Position numbers and translations under genes: made by a program. The notes beneath the pieces are model-generated. The model was not told where the DNA came from. It searched no databases and was given only the letters and a program-made list of their open reading frames with translations. This document shows positions 35,803 through 43,933 of a DNA stretch of 64,000 nucleotides, in pieces. Position 1 is the first letter of the stretch, and each line of letters begins with the position of its first letter. The DNA comes from Polyangia bacterium (GTDB lineage: Bacteria > Myxococcota_A > Polyangia > HGW-17). Location of the stretch: NCBI GenBank assembly GCA_041686345.1, contig JAWLEA010000001.1, positions 20,516 through 84,515 of the forward strand, given 5' to 3'.

Positions 35803-36657
35803 ATGGTGAAAATTAAAATCTGGTTTTTAACAGGATTGGTGTTTTCTTTTCTTTTGCCTGGTTGCAGTTGGTTTGTAACCAGAAAAGAAGCCGATCAGAT
35901 GAAGATTAGAGTTGAAAAAATTTCCGAAGAATTAAAACAGAGAAGAAAAGAAGAAAAGGCTTTCGGTGAGGCCATTGTCAATGCAAAAAAAGAATTGAGC
36001 AAGGTGGCTGAAGCCAGAGAGCGTTATCGCAAGGAACAAACTGCTTTTATCAGAAAAGTACATCTTCTGCTTTCAAAACTCAATGTCAACATCAGGACTT
36101 TTGAGGTAAATCTGGCATCTTTAAAAAAGAAGGTAGACAAAACCCTTAAAAAAGAAGTGGAGGAGATAGAAACTATTTTCAAAGAAAGAGCTGAGGAACT
36201 TCAGGAACTGGAAAAAAAATTCAATCTGCTCATTGCCAATTACATCAAAGAGTCTCCTAAGAAATTTCTTAAATATATCAAAGCATTTGCTGTTGCAAAA
36301 AAGTGGAAATCTCTCAACCGGCATCTGGCTTTGATGAAATTGAAATTTCCTTCTTCAAATGAAATGGAAGAGGGGTTGGTCTTTGCTTTGAAAAAACTGA
36401 ATGAAGCCAAGGAATACGGCAAGGTAATTATTTATTGCGGACTCTATCGTCGGCTTTTTTCCCAGGGACCCAATTATCCTCTTGTTTTATTGATGGAAGC
36501 TGAAGCAAAGTATGCCATCATGAATTGCAGTGATGCCCTGAAACTTCTTAAAGAATTCAGCAACAAATTTCCCAACCACAAACAGCTTTCCAAAGTCAAA
36601 AAATTGCAGCAGGAAATTTCATCCAAACTTCACTCCAAAATGTATTGCACCAAATAA
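35803..36657 (+). CDS. Coiled-coil plus TPR lipoprotein (CpoB/YbgF-like architecture)
   Basis: Lipobox FLLPGC, an N-terminal coiled coil and a C-terminal TPR-like region. Its position after a Pal-like gene matches the pal-cpoB order. Confidence 0.5.
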   Translation: MVKIKIWFLTGLVFSFLLPGCSWFVTRKEADQMKIRVEKISEELKQRRKEEKAFGEAIVNAKKELSKVAEARERYRKEQTAFIRKVHLLLSKLNVNIRTFEVNLASLKKKVDKTLKKEVEEIETIFKERAEELQELEKKFNLLIANYIKESPKKFLKYIKAFAVAKKWKSLNRHLALMKLKFPSSNEMEEGLVFALKKLNEAKEYGKVIIYCGLYRRLFSQGPNYPLVLLMEAEAKYAIMNCSDALKLLKEFSNKFPNHKQLSKVKKLQQEISSKLHSKMYCTK

Positions 36658-36729
36658 TTTGCAATGAATTCAAGCAATCCAATACCATCTGAAAAATTGA
36701 TTTTCGAATAAATTATACAAAGAGCAATA

Positions 36730-38712
36730 ATGAGTATATTTAATCTTGCCGGTGATCTTGTACCTGCCGGTGATCAGAAAAATGCAATCAAAACTATTGT
36801 CAAGGGGATAAAAGAAGGTGAGAGAGATCAGATTCTGCTTGGAATAACCGGGAGCGGAAAAACGTTCACCATGGCCAAAGTTATTGAAGCTACGAGCAAA
36901 CCTACTTTGATTCTTGCTCACAATAAAACCCTCGCCGGTCAGTTGTATTCAGAATTCAAAAATTTATTTCCCCATAACAGCGTCAATTATTTTGTTTCTT
37001 ATTATGATTATTATCAACCTGAAGCATATATTCCAGTAACTGACGCTTATATAGAGAAGGATGCTCAGATCAATGAAGAAATTGACAGATTAAGACATGC
37101 TGCCACCAATGCTCTTTTATCCCGGCGGGATGTAATTATTATCGCCAGTGTTTCCTGCATTTACGGAATAGGTTCTCCTGAATTTTATCAGGAATTGGCG
37201 ATTAAAGTGAAGGTGGGAGATTATATAGACAGGGATGAATTTTTACGAAAATTGGTTGATATTCAATATACACGCAATGATTACGATTTTTTCAGAGGTA
37301 ATTTCAGAGTCAGGGGAGATGTAGTGGAAGTTTTTCCGGCTGATGAAGATCGCTGGGCCATCAGAATTGAATGGTTCGATGATGAAATTGAAAATATCAT
37401 GGCGGTGGATCCTTTTTTAGGTGAAGCAGGACGCAGGTTTCAACAATTCAGTATTTTTCCCGGCAGTCACTATGTCGTACCCAGGAGGGATTTAAGTCGG
37501 GCAATTGATAAAATCAGAGACGAATTGCAGCAAAGGATCGCCTGGTACAATCGTAATGGCAGGATGTTGGAAGCACAGAGAATAGAGTTCAGGACAAGTT
37601 CAGACCTGGAAATGCTGGAAGTGACAAATTATTGCAAAGGAATTGAGAATTATTCCCGTCATCTGTCGGATCGCAAAGCTGGTGAACCCCCGGCTACTTT
37701 GCTTGACTACTTTCCAGATGATTTCCTTCTTTTTGTTGATGAAAGTCACCAGACCCTTCCCCAAGTCAAAGCTATGTACAAAGGAGACAAAAGCAGGAAA
37801 TCCAATCTGATTGAATTTGGTTTCAGATTACCCAGCGCTTTTGACAACCGTCCCCTCAAATATGATGAATTTCAGGAAAGAATCAATCAGGCGGTATATG
37901 TCAGTGCAACTCCGGGTGATACCGAGTTTGCTTTGACCCAGGGAGTTTTTGTGGAACAGATTATCAGACCCACCGGTCTTTTGGATCCCGAGATCGAGGT
38001 AAGAGGGGTAGATAATCAGTTGGATGATCTGCTTGAAGAAATCAAAATCAGAACAGAAAAAAATGAAAAGATTCTGGCTTTGACTCTGACCAAGCGTATG
38101 GCTGAACAATTAACCCAGTACTATCTTGATCTTGAGGTCAAGGTTCAATATCTTCACAGTGAAATTGATACTCTGGAAAGAATGCAAATTCTGAAAGATT
38201 TGCGATTGGGAGAATTTGATGTGCTGGTGGGGATTAATCTGTTGCGAGAAGGGCTGGATTTGCCTGAAGTTTCTCTGGTTGCTATTTTGGATGCTGATGT
38301 TCAGGGTTTTTTACGATCTGAAACCTCACTTTTTCAGATTTGTGGCAGAGCTGCACGCCATGTAGAGGGGAAGGTGATCATGTATGCTGATAAAATAACT
38401 CCTGCCATGGAAAGTGTTATCCGGGAGACTGAAAGAAGAAGAAAGATCCAGTATGAATACAATCAAAAGCACGGTATAACTCCTCAGACCATCAGAAAAA
38501 AAGTAGATGATCTCTTTGGAATGATAGGTAAAAAACCTGTCCAAGAAGAAAAAGAGGAGGATTTGGATCTCCAAAATGAGGCTGAATTGGAAAAAGTTCT
38601 GAAAAAACTACGCAAGAAAATGCACAAGTATTCAAGAAATCTTGAATTTGAAAAAGCTGCAGCTGCCAGAGACAGAATTAAAGAGTTGGAAAGCAGATAT
38701 CTTCTGCAATAA
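36730..38712 (+). CDS. uvrB: Excinuclease ABC subunit B
   Basis: Motifs [36 protein letters not shown] and a C-terminal UVR domain ([15 protein letters not shown]). Confidence 0.95.
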   Translation: MSIFNLAGDLVPAGDQKNAIKTIVKGIKEGERDQILLGITGSGKTFTMAKVIEATSKPTLILAHNKTLAGQLYSEFKNLFPHNSVNYFVSYYDYYQPEAYIPVTDAYIEKDAQINEEIDRLRHAATNALLSRRDVIIIASVSCIYGIGSPEFYQELAIKVKVGDYIDRDEFLRKLVDIQYTRNDYDFFRGNFRVRGDVVEVFPADEDRWAIRIEWFDDEIENIMAVDPFLGEAGRRFQQFSIFPGSHYVVPRRDLSRAIDKIRDELQQRIAWYNRNGRMLEAQRIEFRTSSDLEMLEVTNYCKGIENYSRHLSDRKAGEPPATLLDYFPDDFLLFVDESHQTLPQVKAMYKGDKSRKSNLIEFGFRLPSAFDNRPLKYDEFQERINQAVYVSATPGDTEFALTQGVFVEQIIRPTGLLDPEIEVRGVDNQLDDLLEEIKIRTEKNEKILALTLTKRMAEQLTQYYLDLEVKVQYLHSEIDTLERMQILKDLRLGEFDVLVGINLLREGLDLPEVSLVAILDADVQGFLRSETSLFQICGRAARHVEGKVIMYADKITPAMESVIRETERRRKIQYEYNQKHGITPQTIRKKVDDLFGMIGKKPVQEEKEEDLDLQNEAELEKVLKKLRKKMHKYSRNLEFEKAAAARDRIKELESRYLLQ

Positions 38713-38733
38713 TCAGTTCACATTTATGTCACA

Positions 38734-38819
38734 GTTCAGAATGGGAGTTATTGATTGAAACTGAAGTTGGATTGAGATGCACCTGGCAACATCGCAGATA
38801 GTTCTTGCTCAACGGGAAC
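38734..38819 (-). mobile_element. Degenerate, internally deleted MITE-like copy J
   Basis: GTTC-AGAATGGGAGTTATTGATTGAAACTGAAGTTGGATTGAGATGCAC...GCAGATAGTT...AACGGGAAC aligns with the inverted orientation of copy B but has deletions. Further end-like debris (ACGGGAAT / GTCGTCCCAAAATGG) lies at about 38990-39040. Confidence 0.6.
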
Positions 38820-39050
38820 CAGAACCAGAAACAGAGTAATTTTTAGCGAAAATTACAGGCTTATTCTCTCTTTGGGTTGATTATGAAATCTTTTTCTTGT
38901 AAATTTCACTTGATATATTTTTTTTTTTACTTATTCTAGCTGAAGTTCAGCCCGGATCTGTTGCCAGTCAAATTGATTTTCAGATGGTCACGGCAATCTG
39001 AAACGGGAATTGGCTGATTTGTCGTCCCAAAATGGCAAACAGACAATCAA

Positions 39051-39124
39051 GGGCCTATAGCTCAGTTGGTCAGAGCCACCGGCTCATAACCGGTCGGTCC
39101 CTGGTTCGAGTCCAGGTAGGCCCA
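39051..39124 (+). tRNA. tRNA with anticodon CAT (elongator Met or lysidine-modified Ile2)
   Basis: Acceptor GGGCCTA/TAGGCCC (G1-C72, so not an initiator), D arm AGCTCAGTTGGTCAGAGC, anticodon stem ACCGG/CCGGT with loop CTCATAA, T arm CCTGG-TTCGAGT-CCAGG. The C4-G69 and C5-G68 pairs resemble E. coli tRNA-Ile2, but I cannot discriminate by eye. Confidence 0.88.
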
Positions 39125-39233
39125 CCCTTACTGTATGGAAAATACAATATTTTCACTTAATTCAATAGAAGCAAATTTATATCCAATTAATATTATTTCT
39201 CAAAAAATTCATTCAGGGGTTCGGAGGTAGACA

Positions 39234-39947
39234 TTGAAAGAAAATCTGCATAAATTGCTGGTATTGCAAGAACACGATGTTGAAATAAACAAACTTGAAC
39301 AGGAAAAACAAGAAATGCCTCAGGAATTGGAATCTCTTAAAAACGATGTTTCCGAACTTGAGGCAATTCTAAAAAAGGAAATTGACAGTCTGGAAGAAGT
39401 TCAAACCTGGAAAAAAAACAGGGAGAAAAGTCTTGCCGGAACTGAAGAAAGAATCAAAAAAAGAATCAAGGATCTGGATAAGGTAACCACGGGGAAAGAT
39501 TATTTTGGTCTCCAGAAAGAACTGGAAATTCATCGGAAAAAAGCTAGAGAACATGAAGATGAAATTCTCAAGTTGATGGAAGTTGTTGAAGAGAGACAAA
39601 AGGTTGTACAAGACAGAAAAAAACAACTGGCTCGATTTTGGAAAGCAGTTGAGAAAAAAGAAAAGGGCTTTGCTGAAAGAATGGAGAAAATCGATAAAGA
39701 GTTGGCAAAACTCAACCAGGAAAGAAAAGAACTTTCCAGCGGAATTCCCAAAAATCTGATGCGTAAATATGATTTTCTCACCAGCAAAAGATTTCCGGCA
39801 ATGGTGGAAGCCAAAGAAGAAAGATGTCTTGGTTGCAATATGGGAATACCTGCCCAGAAATTCAATTCCCTTTATGAAGTTTCTTCCATTGTGGAATGTC
39901 CTTTTTGTTCAAGGATTCTTTATATCAAAGAAGCTCTGCAAGATTAA
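39234..39947 (+). CDS. Coiled-coil protein with C-terminal C4 zinc ribbon (COG1579/zf-RING_7-like)
   Basis: The TTG start lies 6 nt after GGAGG. A long coiled coil is followed by CLGCNMGIP...ECPFCSRILY. Confidence 0.65.
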   Translation: MKENLHKLLVLQEHDVEINKLEQEKQEMPQELESLKNDVSELEAILKKEIDSLEEVQTWKKNREKSLAGTEERIKKRIKDLDKVTTGKDYFGLQKELEIHRKKAREHEDEILKLMEVVEERQKVVQDRKKQLARFWKAVEKKEKGFAERMEKIDKELAKLNQERKELSSGIPKNLMRKYDFLTSKRFPAMVEAKEERCLGCNMGIPAQKFNSLYEVSSIVECPFCSRILYIKEALQD

Positions 39948-40046
39948 CTTCGTAGACTGCTGTTCCCATCCCTGGCAAAATTACTTTTCATATCCCAATC
40001 TTCCCCTTAAGCCGAGGATTTCGTTTTAAGCCATTAAATCAGTGAT

Positions 40047-40853
40047 TCAGCGACATAATTGTCTTTTTTTCCAGGAGAGGGTTCCCTTCCAGCAACTGTA
40101 GACTTTCTTTACCCCATCCTCTTCATCCTCCTCTTCATCTTCTTTATCCTCTTCATCTTCTTTATCCTCTTCATCCTCTTCATTCTCATTATTTTCTTCT
40201 TCTTTGTTTTTCCGGCTGTCAGTTTCAAACATTTCAACTTCAGATGATTCAGAAGGTATGCCTGGTTCTTCACTTGTATCAACATTGGTATCATTGGTGG
40301 TATCAACTATTTGTTCAGAAGCATCCTGGGTGGGTTCAGGTTCAGGTTCGATTATCTCTGAACGACATTCATTCCAGGCCCATTTTTCAGGTTGACCACA
40401 AGAAGGAATTTTCTGCGAAGATGAAATATCCCACCCCGATGCCAGTTTACAGCCTTTGTTGTCTTCTTGCAGACGGCAAAAAGCCCTGGTGGAATGACGA
40501 ATTGTTTCTTTGCCGTCACAGTCAAAATCAAAACTGCCGTTTTTCCTGGGTCTGGAAAAATAACTCTTTTGCTGGGGATGAACTCTGGAATCGTTGTCGT
40601 CACAATCTCCACTTTTATTTACATAATTCTCAAGTTGTTGGCACGAGATTTTGGAAACTTTGGAATTACCCCAACCATCACCGTCTTTATCCAGATAGAA
40701 TTTTTCTTTATGCTTACAGGAACGGGAATCTACCGATTTTTTGTTTTTGAATTTTGCCAGGAGATGCTTGTCTTTCCTTTGCAAGCTTGAAGGAGAACTT
40801 TCACAACTCCAGATTGCAACTGTTAAGAACAAAAACAAGATAAAGCGCAACAT
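40047..40853 (-). CDS. Cys-rich lipoprotein with MopE-like putative metal-binding motif and poly-acidic C-terminal tail
   Basis: The ATG at 40853 lies 1 nt after the bamB stop. Lipobox VAIWSC. Motif DKDGDGWG...SGDCDDNDSRVHP. The tail reads EEENNENEEDEEDKEDEEDKEDEEEDEED. The track ORF extends further upstream over bamB and that extension is rejected. Confidence 0.65.
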   Translation of the reverse strand: MLRFILFLFLTVAIWSCESSPSSLQRKDKHLLAKFKNKKSVDSRSCKHKEKFYLDKDGDGWGNSKVSKISCQQLENYVNKSGDCDDNDSRVHPQQKSYFSRPRKNGSFDFDCDGKETIRHSTRAFCRLQEDNKGCKLASGWDISSSQKIPSCGQPEKWAWNECRSEIIEPEPEPTQDASEQIVDTTNDTNVDTSEEPGIPSESSEVEMFETDSRKNKEEENNENEEDEEDKEDEEDKEDEEEDEEDGVKKVYSCWKGTLSWKKRQLCR

Positions 40854-40854
40854 G

Positions 40855-41982
40855 TCAAGATATTTTAAACAGATAGATACTGCCGTTGTTGAGTAGAGCG
40901 GTGATGAAATTATTGAAAACTCCAAAGTTGGAGGAGATTCCATCTCCGGGATCGAAGCGTTGATAGAAAAAGCCGTTATCTGGATTAAGGGCAATAATTC
41001 CCCCTTTGTCAAAAGGAATAATCATTCTTTTACCCTTGATGATAATTTTTCCCGGGGTGCCAAGATCGATATTTTGTCTCCAGATCAGTTTTCCTGAAGT
41101 ATCAAGACAGTGGATTCCCTTGCTGGGGGAAACAAAATAAATTTTATCTTTGTGCAGAGTAATGGAAGTAATTCCGTAAGCACGATAATTCCAGATCAAT
41201 TCTCCGGTCTTTTTATTGAGAACACAGAGGCCTTTGTTGTAAGAAGCAGTGTATAATTTGTTTCCTTTGATAACAGCATCTGTATCCGCATCGATGTAGT
41301 TTTCTTGATTGGGATCTTCGAGAGCTTTTTTCCAGATGGTTTGTCCTCTTTTTTGCAGATCAACGGCCAGAATTTGACCGTCGGAAAGTCCCATGAAAAG
41401 ATGATTTTTATCGATAACAGGGGAGGAATGTCCTCGTACTGTGTAGCCATCTACTGTTTCATTGCGTTTGCTCCAGTGCAGGGAACCGTTGTCAACAGCT
41501 ATGGCATAGAGCATATTTCTGGCAGTGGTTATGTAGACGACTCCATTACTATAGACAGGTTTGCCCAGAAAAGCACCATAACCCTGAAATTTCCATTTCT
41601 TTTTGCCGGTTTTTGCATCAATTCCATATAATTCTCCACCGATAGTTCCTGCAATAATCAAATTAAATTGTTTGAGATGCAAAGGAGCGGAATTGATGGA
41701 AGTTTTCAGATTTGCCTTCCAGAGAGTTTGTCCTTTGAGATTGAAACAGAATAACTTGCCTTCAGAAGTACCAGTAATAATTCGTTTGCCTTTCTTATCA
41801 AAAACAGGCGTGGAAAACTCTTCATTCTTTTGGCTGAAACGCCGATGCTTGACCAAATTTTTTTTCCAGAGAGGAACCATAACCTTTCTCGGACTTACTT
41901 CTCCGTTTCTGACCTTGTGCATGGTGGGTGAAACGCAAGAATTTAAGAGAATCAGAGTTATGAAGGGAATTAAATATTTCAT
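40855..41982 (-). CDS. bamB: Outer membrane protein assembly factor BamB-like (PQQ-type beta-propeller lipoprotein)
   Basis: Lipobox LILLNSC. Repeated G.LY..D..TGK..W propeller motifs. It lies downstream of a YfgM-like gene, as in E. coli yfgM-bamB. Confidence 0.75.
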   Translation of the reverse strand: MKYLIPFITLILLNSCVSPTMHKVRNGEVSPRKVMVPLWKKNLVKHRRFSQKNEEFSTPVFDKKGKRIITGTSEGKLFCFNLKGQTLWKANLKTSINSAPLHLKQFNLIIAGTIGGELYGIDAKTGKKKWKFQGYGAFLGKPVYSNGVVYITTARNMLYAIAVDNGSLHWSKRNETVDGYTVRGHSSPVIDKNHLFMGLSDGQILAVDLQKRGQTIWKKALEDPNQENYIDADTDAVIKGNKLYTASYNKGLCVLNKKTGELIWNYRAYGITSITLHKDKIYFVSPSKGIHCLDTSGKLIWRQNIDLGTPGKIIIKGKRMIIPFDKGGIIALNPDNGFFYQRFDPGDGISSNFGVFNNFITALLNNGSIYLFKIS

Positions 41983-42016
41983 GAAAGAAAAGCTTACCTT
42001 TGTTTTGGCTTGGAAA

Positions 42017-43051
42017 TTATTTGTTTTCATCCTTTGATGCAGGGATGGATGGTTTATTTTCAGAATCAATTTCGGCTACATTGGCTTGTGATTTGTAATC
42101 AAGGCCGAGTTCAAGAAAAAGAAGACGTTTTTTAGCATAATGACCGGGATCAGTGATAGATGCGCTACTTTTCAAAGCTTTTAACTGGCTTTGATATCTG
42201 TACAGATTTCTTTGCAAAGATTGGATGAGCTTGGGATTCTTTTTGAATTCGGGACTTTGTGACAAGGATTGCATTTGGCTGATCATGGATTGAAGTTCTG
42301 TTTCTTTGGCGGCCATTCTTCCGGTTGATTTTTCCTTGACTACCTGTTTATACATATTGATGGCTTTTTCGGTTTTTCCCTGTAACTCAAGAATTCTGGC
42401 CTTATGCAACATGGATTGACCGAAATAAATATCATTGTAACTGGTTCCGAATTTGTGAAAAGCTGTTTTGGCCTGGTCAAATTTTTCCAATTCTTCATAG
42501 GCAATCCCCAGGTTTTCATAAGCCAGAGCTTTTACAAAACCTTTGACATTATTGCTGGCTACCTGGAAATCTCCAATAGCAGCCTGAAGGTAGGTGTCGC
42601 TTTTTTCTTTCTCGAGGTTGGCAAGTTTCAAACTTGTTTTTCCCCTGAGCAGATAAATAAGATTGCAGACTTTGCTGAAGGAACACTTGTCCACAGCTTT
42701 GGAAAATGCTTCAAATGATTTTTTATATAATTGGAGGCTGCTTTTAACAGGTTTTCTTTGGCCTTTCTCAATTTTTTTGGGTTTTTCTTCTTCGTTCTTG
42801 GAAGGATCCCGAACGGGACGAAGCAGGGTGTTAATTCCTTTTGCATAAGCTCTGGATGCTTTTTCGTCCTTCATGTGTTTCAAATAAATGTAAACACTTA
42901 TTGAAACAGCGATGATTGCAATAATACCGCCTCCAATAGCGAGCACTTTCCAGTATTTTTTAACAAATTCCCAGATGTTTATGAAAAATCTGGTGATAAA
43001 ATCAGGCTTACGCAGTTCTTCTTTTGACATTACATGTTTTTTTCGAGCCAC
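42017..43051 (-). CDS. Membrane-anchored TPR protein (YfgM-like)
   Basis: The GTG start lies 8-9 nt after GGAG. There is an N-terminal TM helix (VLAIGGGIIAIIAVSISVYIYL) and TPR-like repeats, with synteny to bamB. Confidence 0.6.
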   Translation of the reverse strand: MARKKHVMSKEELRKPDFITRFFINIWEFVKKYWKVLAIGGGIIAIIAVSISVYIYLKHMKDEKASRAYAKGINTLLRPVRDPSKNEEEKPKKIEKGQRKPVKSSLQLYKKSFEAFSKAVDKCSFSKVCNLIYLLRGKTSLKLANLEKEKSDTYLQAAIGDFQVASNNVKGFVKALAYENLGIAYEELEKFDQAKTAFHKFGTSYNDIYFGQSMLHKARILELQGKTEKAINMYKQVVKEKSTGRMAAKETELQSMISQMQSLSQSPEFKKNPKLIQSLQRNLYRYQSQLKALKSSASITDPGHYAKKRLLFLELGLDYKSQANVAEIDSENKPSIPASKDENK

Positions 43052-43149
43052 TTTTATAACTCCGGTAGGTATTCGGGATTAATCTGGAAAACAAATAGTC
43101 CCTGGTTTGGATGCTGAATTGCAACCATACAAAGACAAAAACTCTATTA

Positions 43150-43244
43150 GTTTCCGTTCCAAAAATGGATGTCATCGTCTGGTGACGGAATCTGGCATTA
43201 TCAGTTTCTTCACCAAACAAAAACACCGCTTCTGGGATGGGAAC
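43150..43244 (+). mobile_element. MITE-like element, copy F (95-bp internal-deletion derivative)
   Basis: It keeps the left arm GTTTCCGTTCCAAAAATGGATGTCATCGTCTGGTGACGGAA and the right arm TTTCTTCACCAAACAAAAACACCGCTTCTGGGATGGGAAC. The central ~80 bp are replaced by TCTGGCATTATCAG. Confidence 0.85.
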
Positions 43245-43423
43245 TATTTATAATTGATATAGAAAAAATAACAAGATTTTCGTAAAACTTGTTTATGACA
43301 TCCAAATTAAATTGTGGATGAAAACAGCCTCTTTCTGCAACACCCATCCTGAAATAGGTAAAGCACAGGATAAAATTGAACTATCTGCTTCTAACAGAAA
43401 ATAAACAAAATTCAACCTAAATA

Positions 43424-43586
43424 GTTCCCATCCCAAAAATGGATGTCATCGTCTGGCGACGGAAATTGAATTAATCAGCTTTGTCCTAACTTCTTGAAAT
43501 AGTGTCAACTATGTCTTCGCAGTTATTCCGCGCATCTCAATCCAATTTCTTCCCCAAGCCAAAAACACCACTTCTGGGATGGGAAC
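43424..43586 (+). mobile_element. MITE-like element, copy G (full length, perfect flanking duplication TAAATA)
   Basis: Canonical termini with TAAATA on both sides. The right-hand TAAATA is also the left flank of copy H. Confidence 0.92.
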
Positions 43587-43592
43587 TAAATA

Positions 43593-43748
43593 GTTCCCGT
43601 CCCAAAAATGGATGTCATCGTCTGGCGACGGAAATTGAATTAATCAACTTTGTCCTAACTTCTTGAAATAGTGTCAACTATGTCTTCGCAGTTATTCCGC
43701 GCAGTTGAGACAAACTTCTTCACCAGTTAATAACCCCACTTCCGGGAC
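43593..43748 (+). mobile_element. MITE-like element, copy H (variant right internal module, degenerate right end)
   Basis: It starts GTTCCCGTCCCAAAAATGG 6 bp after copy G. The right part reads GCGCAGTTGAGACAAACTTCTTCACC...CCACTTCCGGGAC, followed by AGTTAAAATA. Confidence 0.85.
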
Positions 43749-43933
43749 AGTTAAAATAAAACTTATGGACTTTTAAACCGGATAATTCCTTTTTTTAAAT
43801 ATTTATTGTCTTGGTGGTTTTTTTATAAAAAATCCCGGAAATATCCCGGAAATATCTATTGAATACAGTTGCTTGTCACCTCAGTTCAAAGGTGGTTGTC
43901 TTTTATGAGGATAAGGGGTAAACTGAGTTTGTA

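Noticed and set aside
40854-41012. An N-terminal extension of ORF 40047..41012 and, similarly, of 19438..20091, 23533 and 42069.
   Set aside because: The extensions overlap the preceding genes and lack an SD. Internal starts give proper signal peptides, lipoboxes or domain boundaries.
43439-43474. A micro-ORF inside the element (ATGGATGTCATCGTCTGGCGACGGAAATTGAATTAA = MDVIVWRRKLN).
   Set aside because: The frame is not conserved. Copies D, I and F have earlier stops (MDIIV*, MNVIV*, MDVIVW*), copies B and E lack the ATG, and there is no SD.
43150-43748. The clustered repeats could be mistaken for a CRISPR array.
   Set aside because: The units are about 162 bp (far longer than CRISPR repeats). 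They have terminal inverted repeats and flanking 6-bp duplications. They are irregularly spaced (179 bp and 6 bp), occur singly all over the window, and no cas genes are present.
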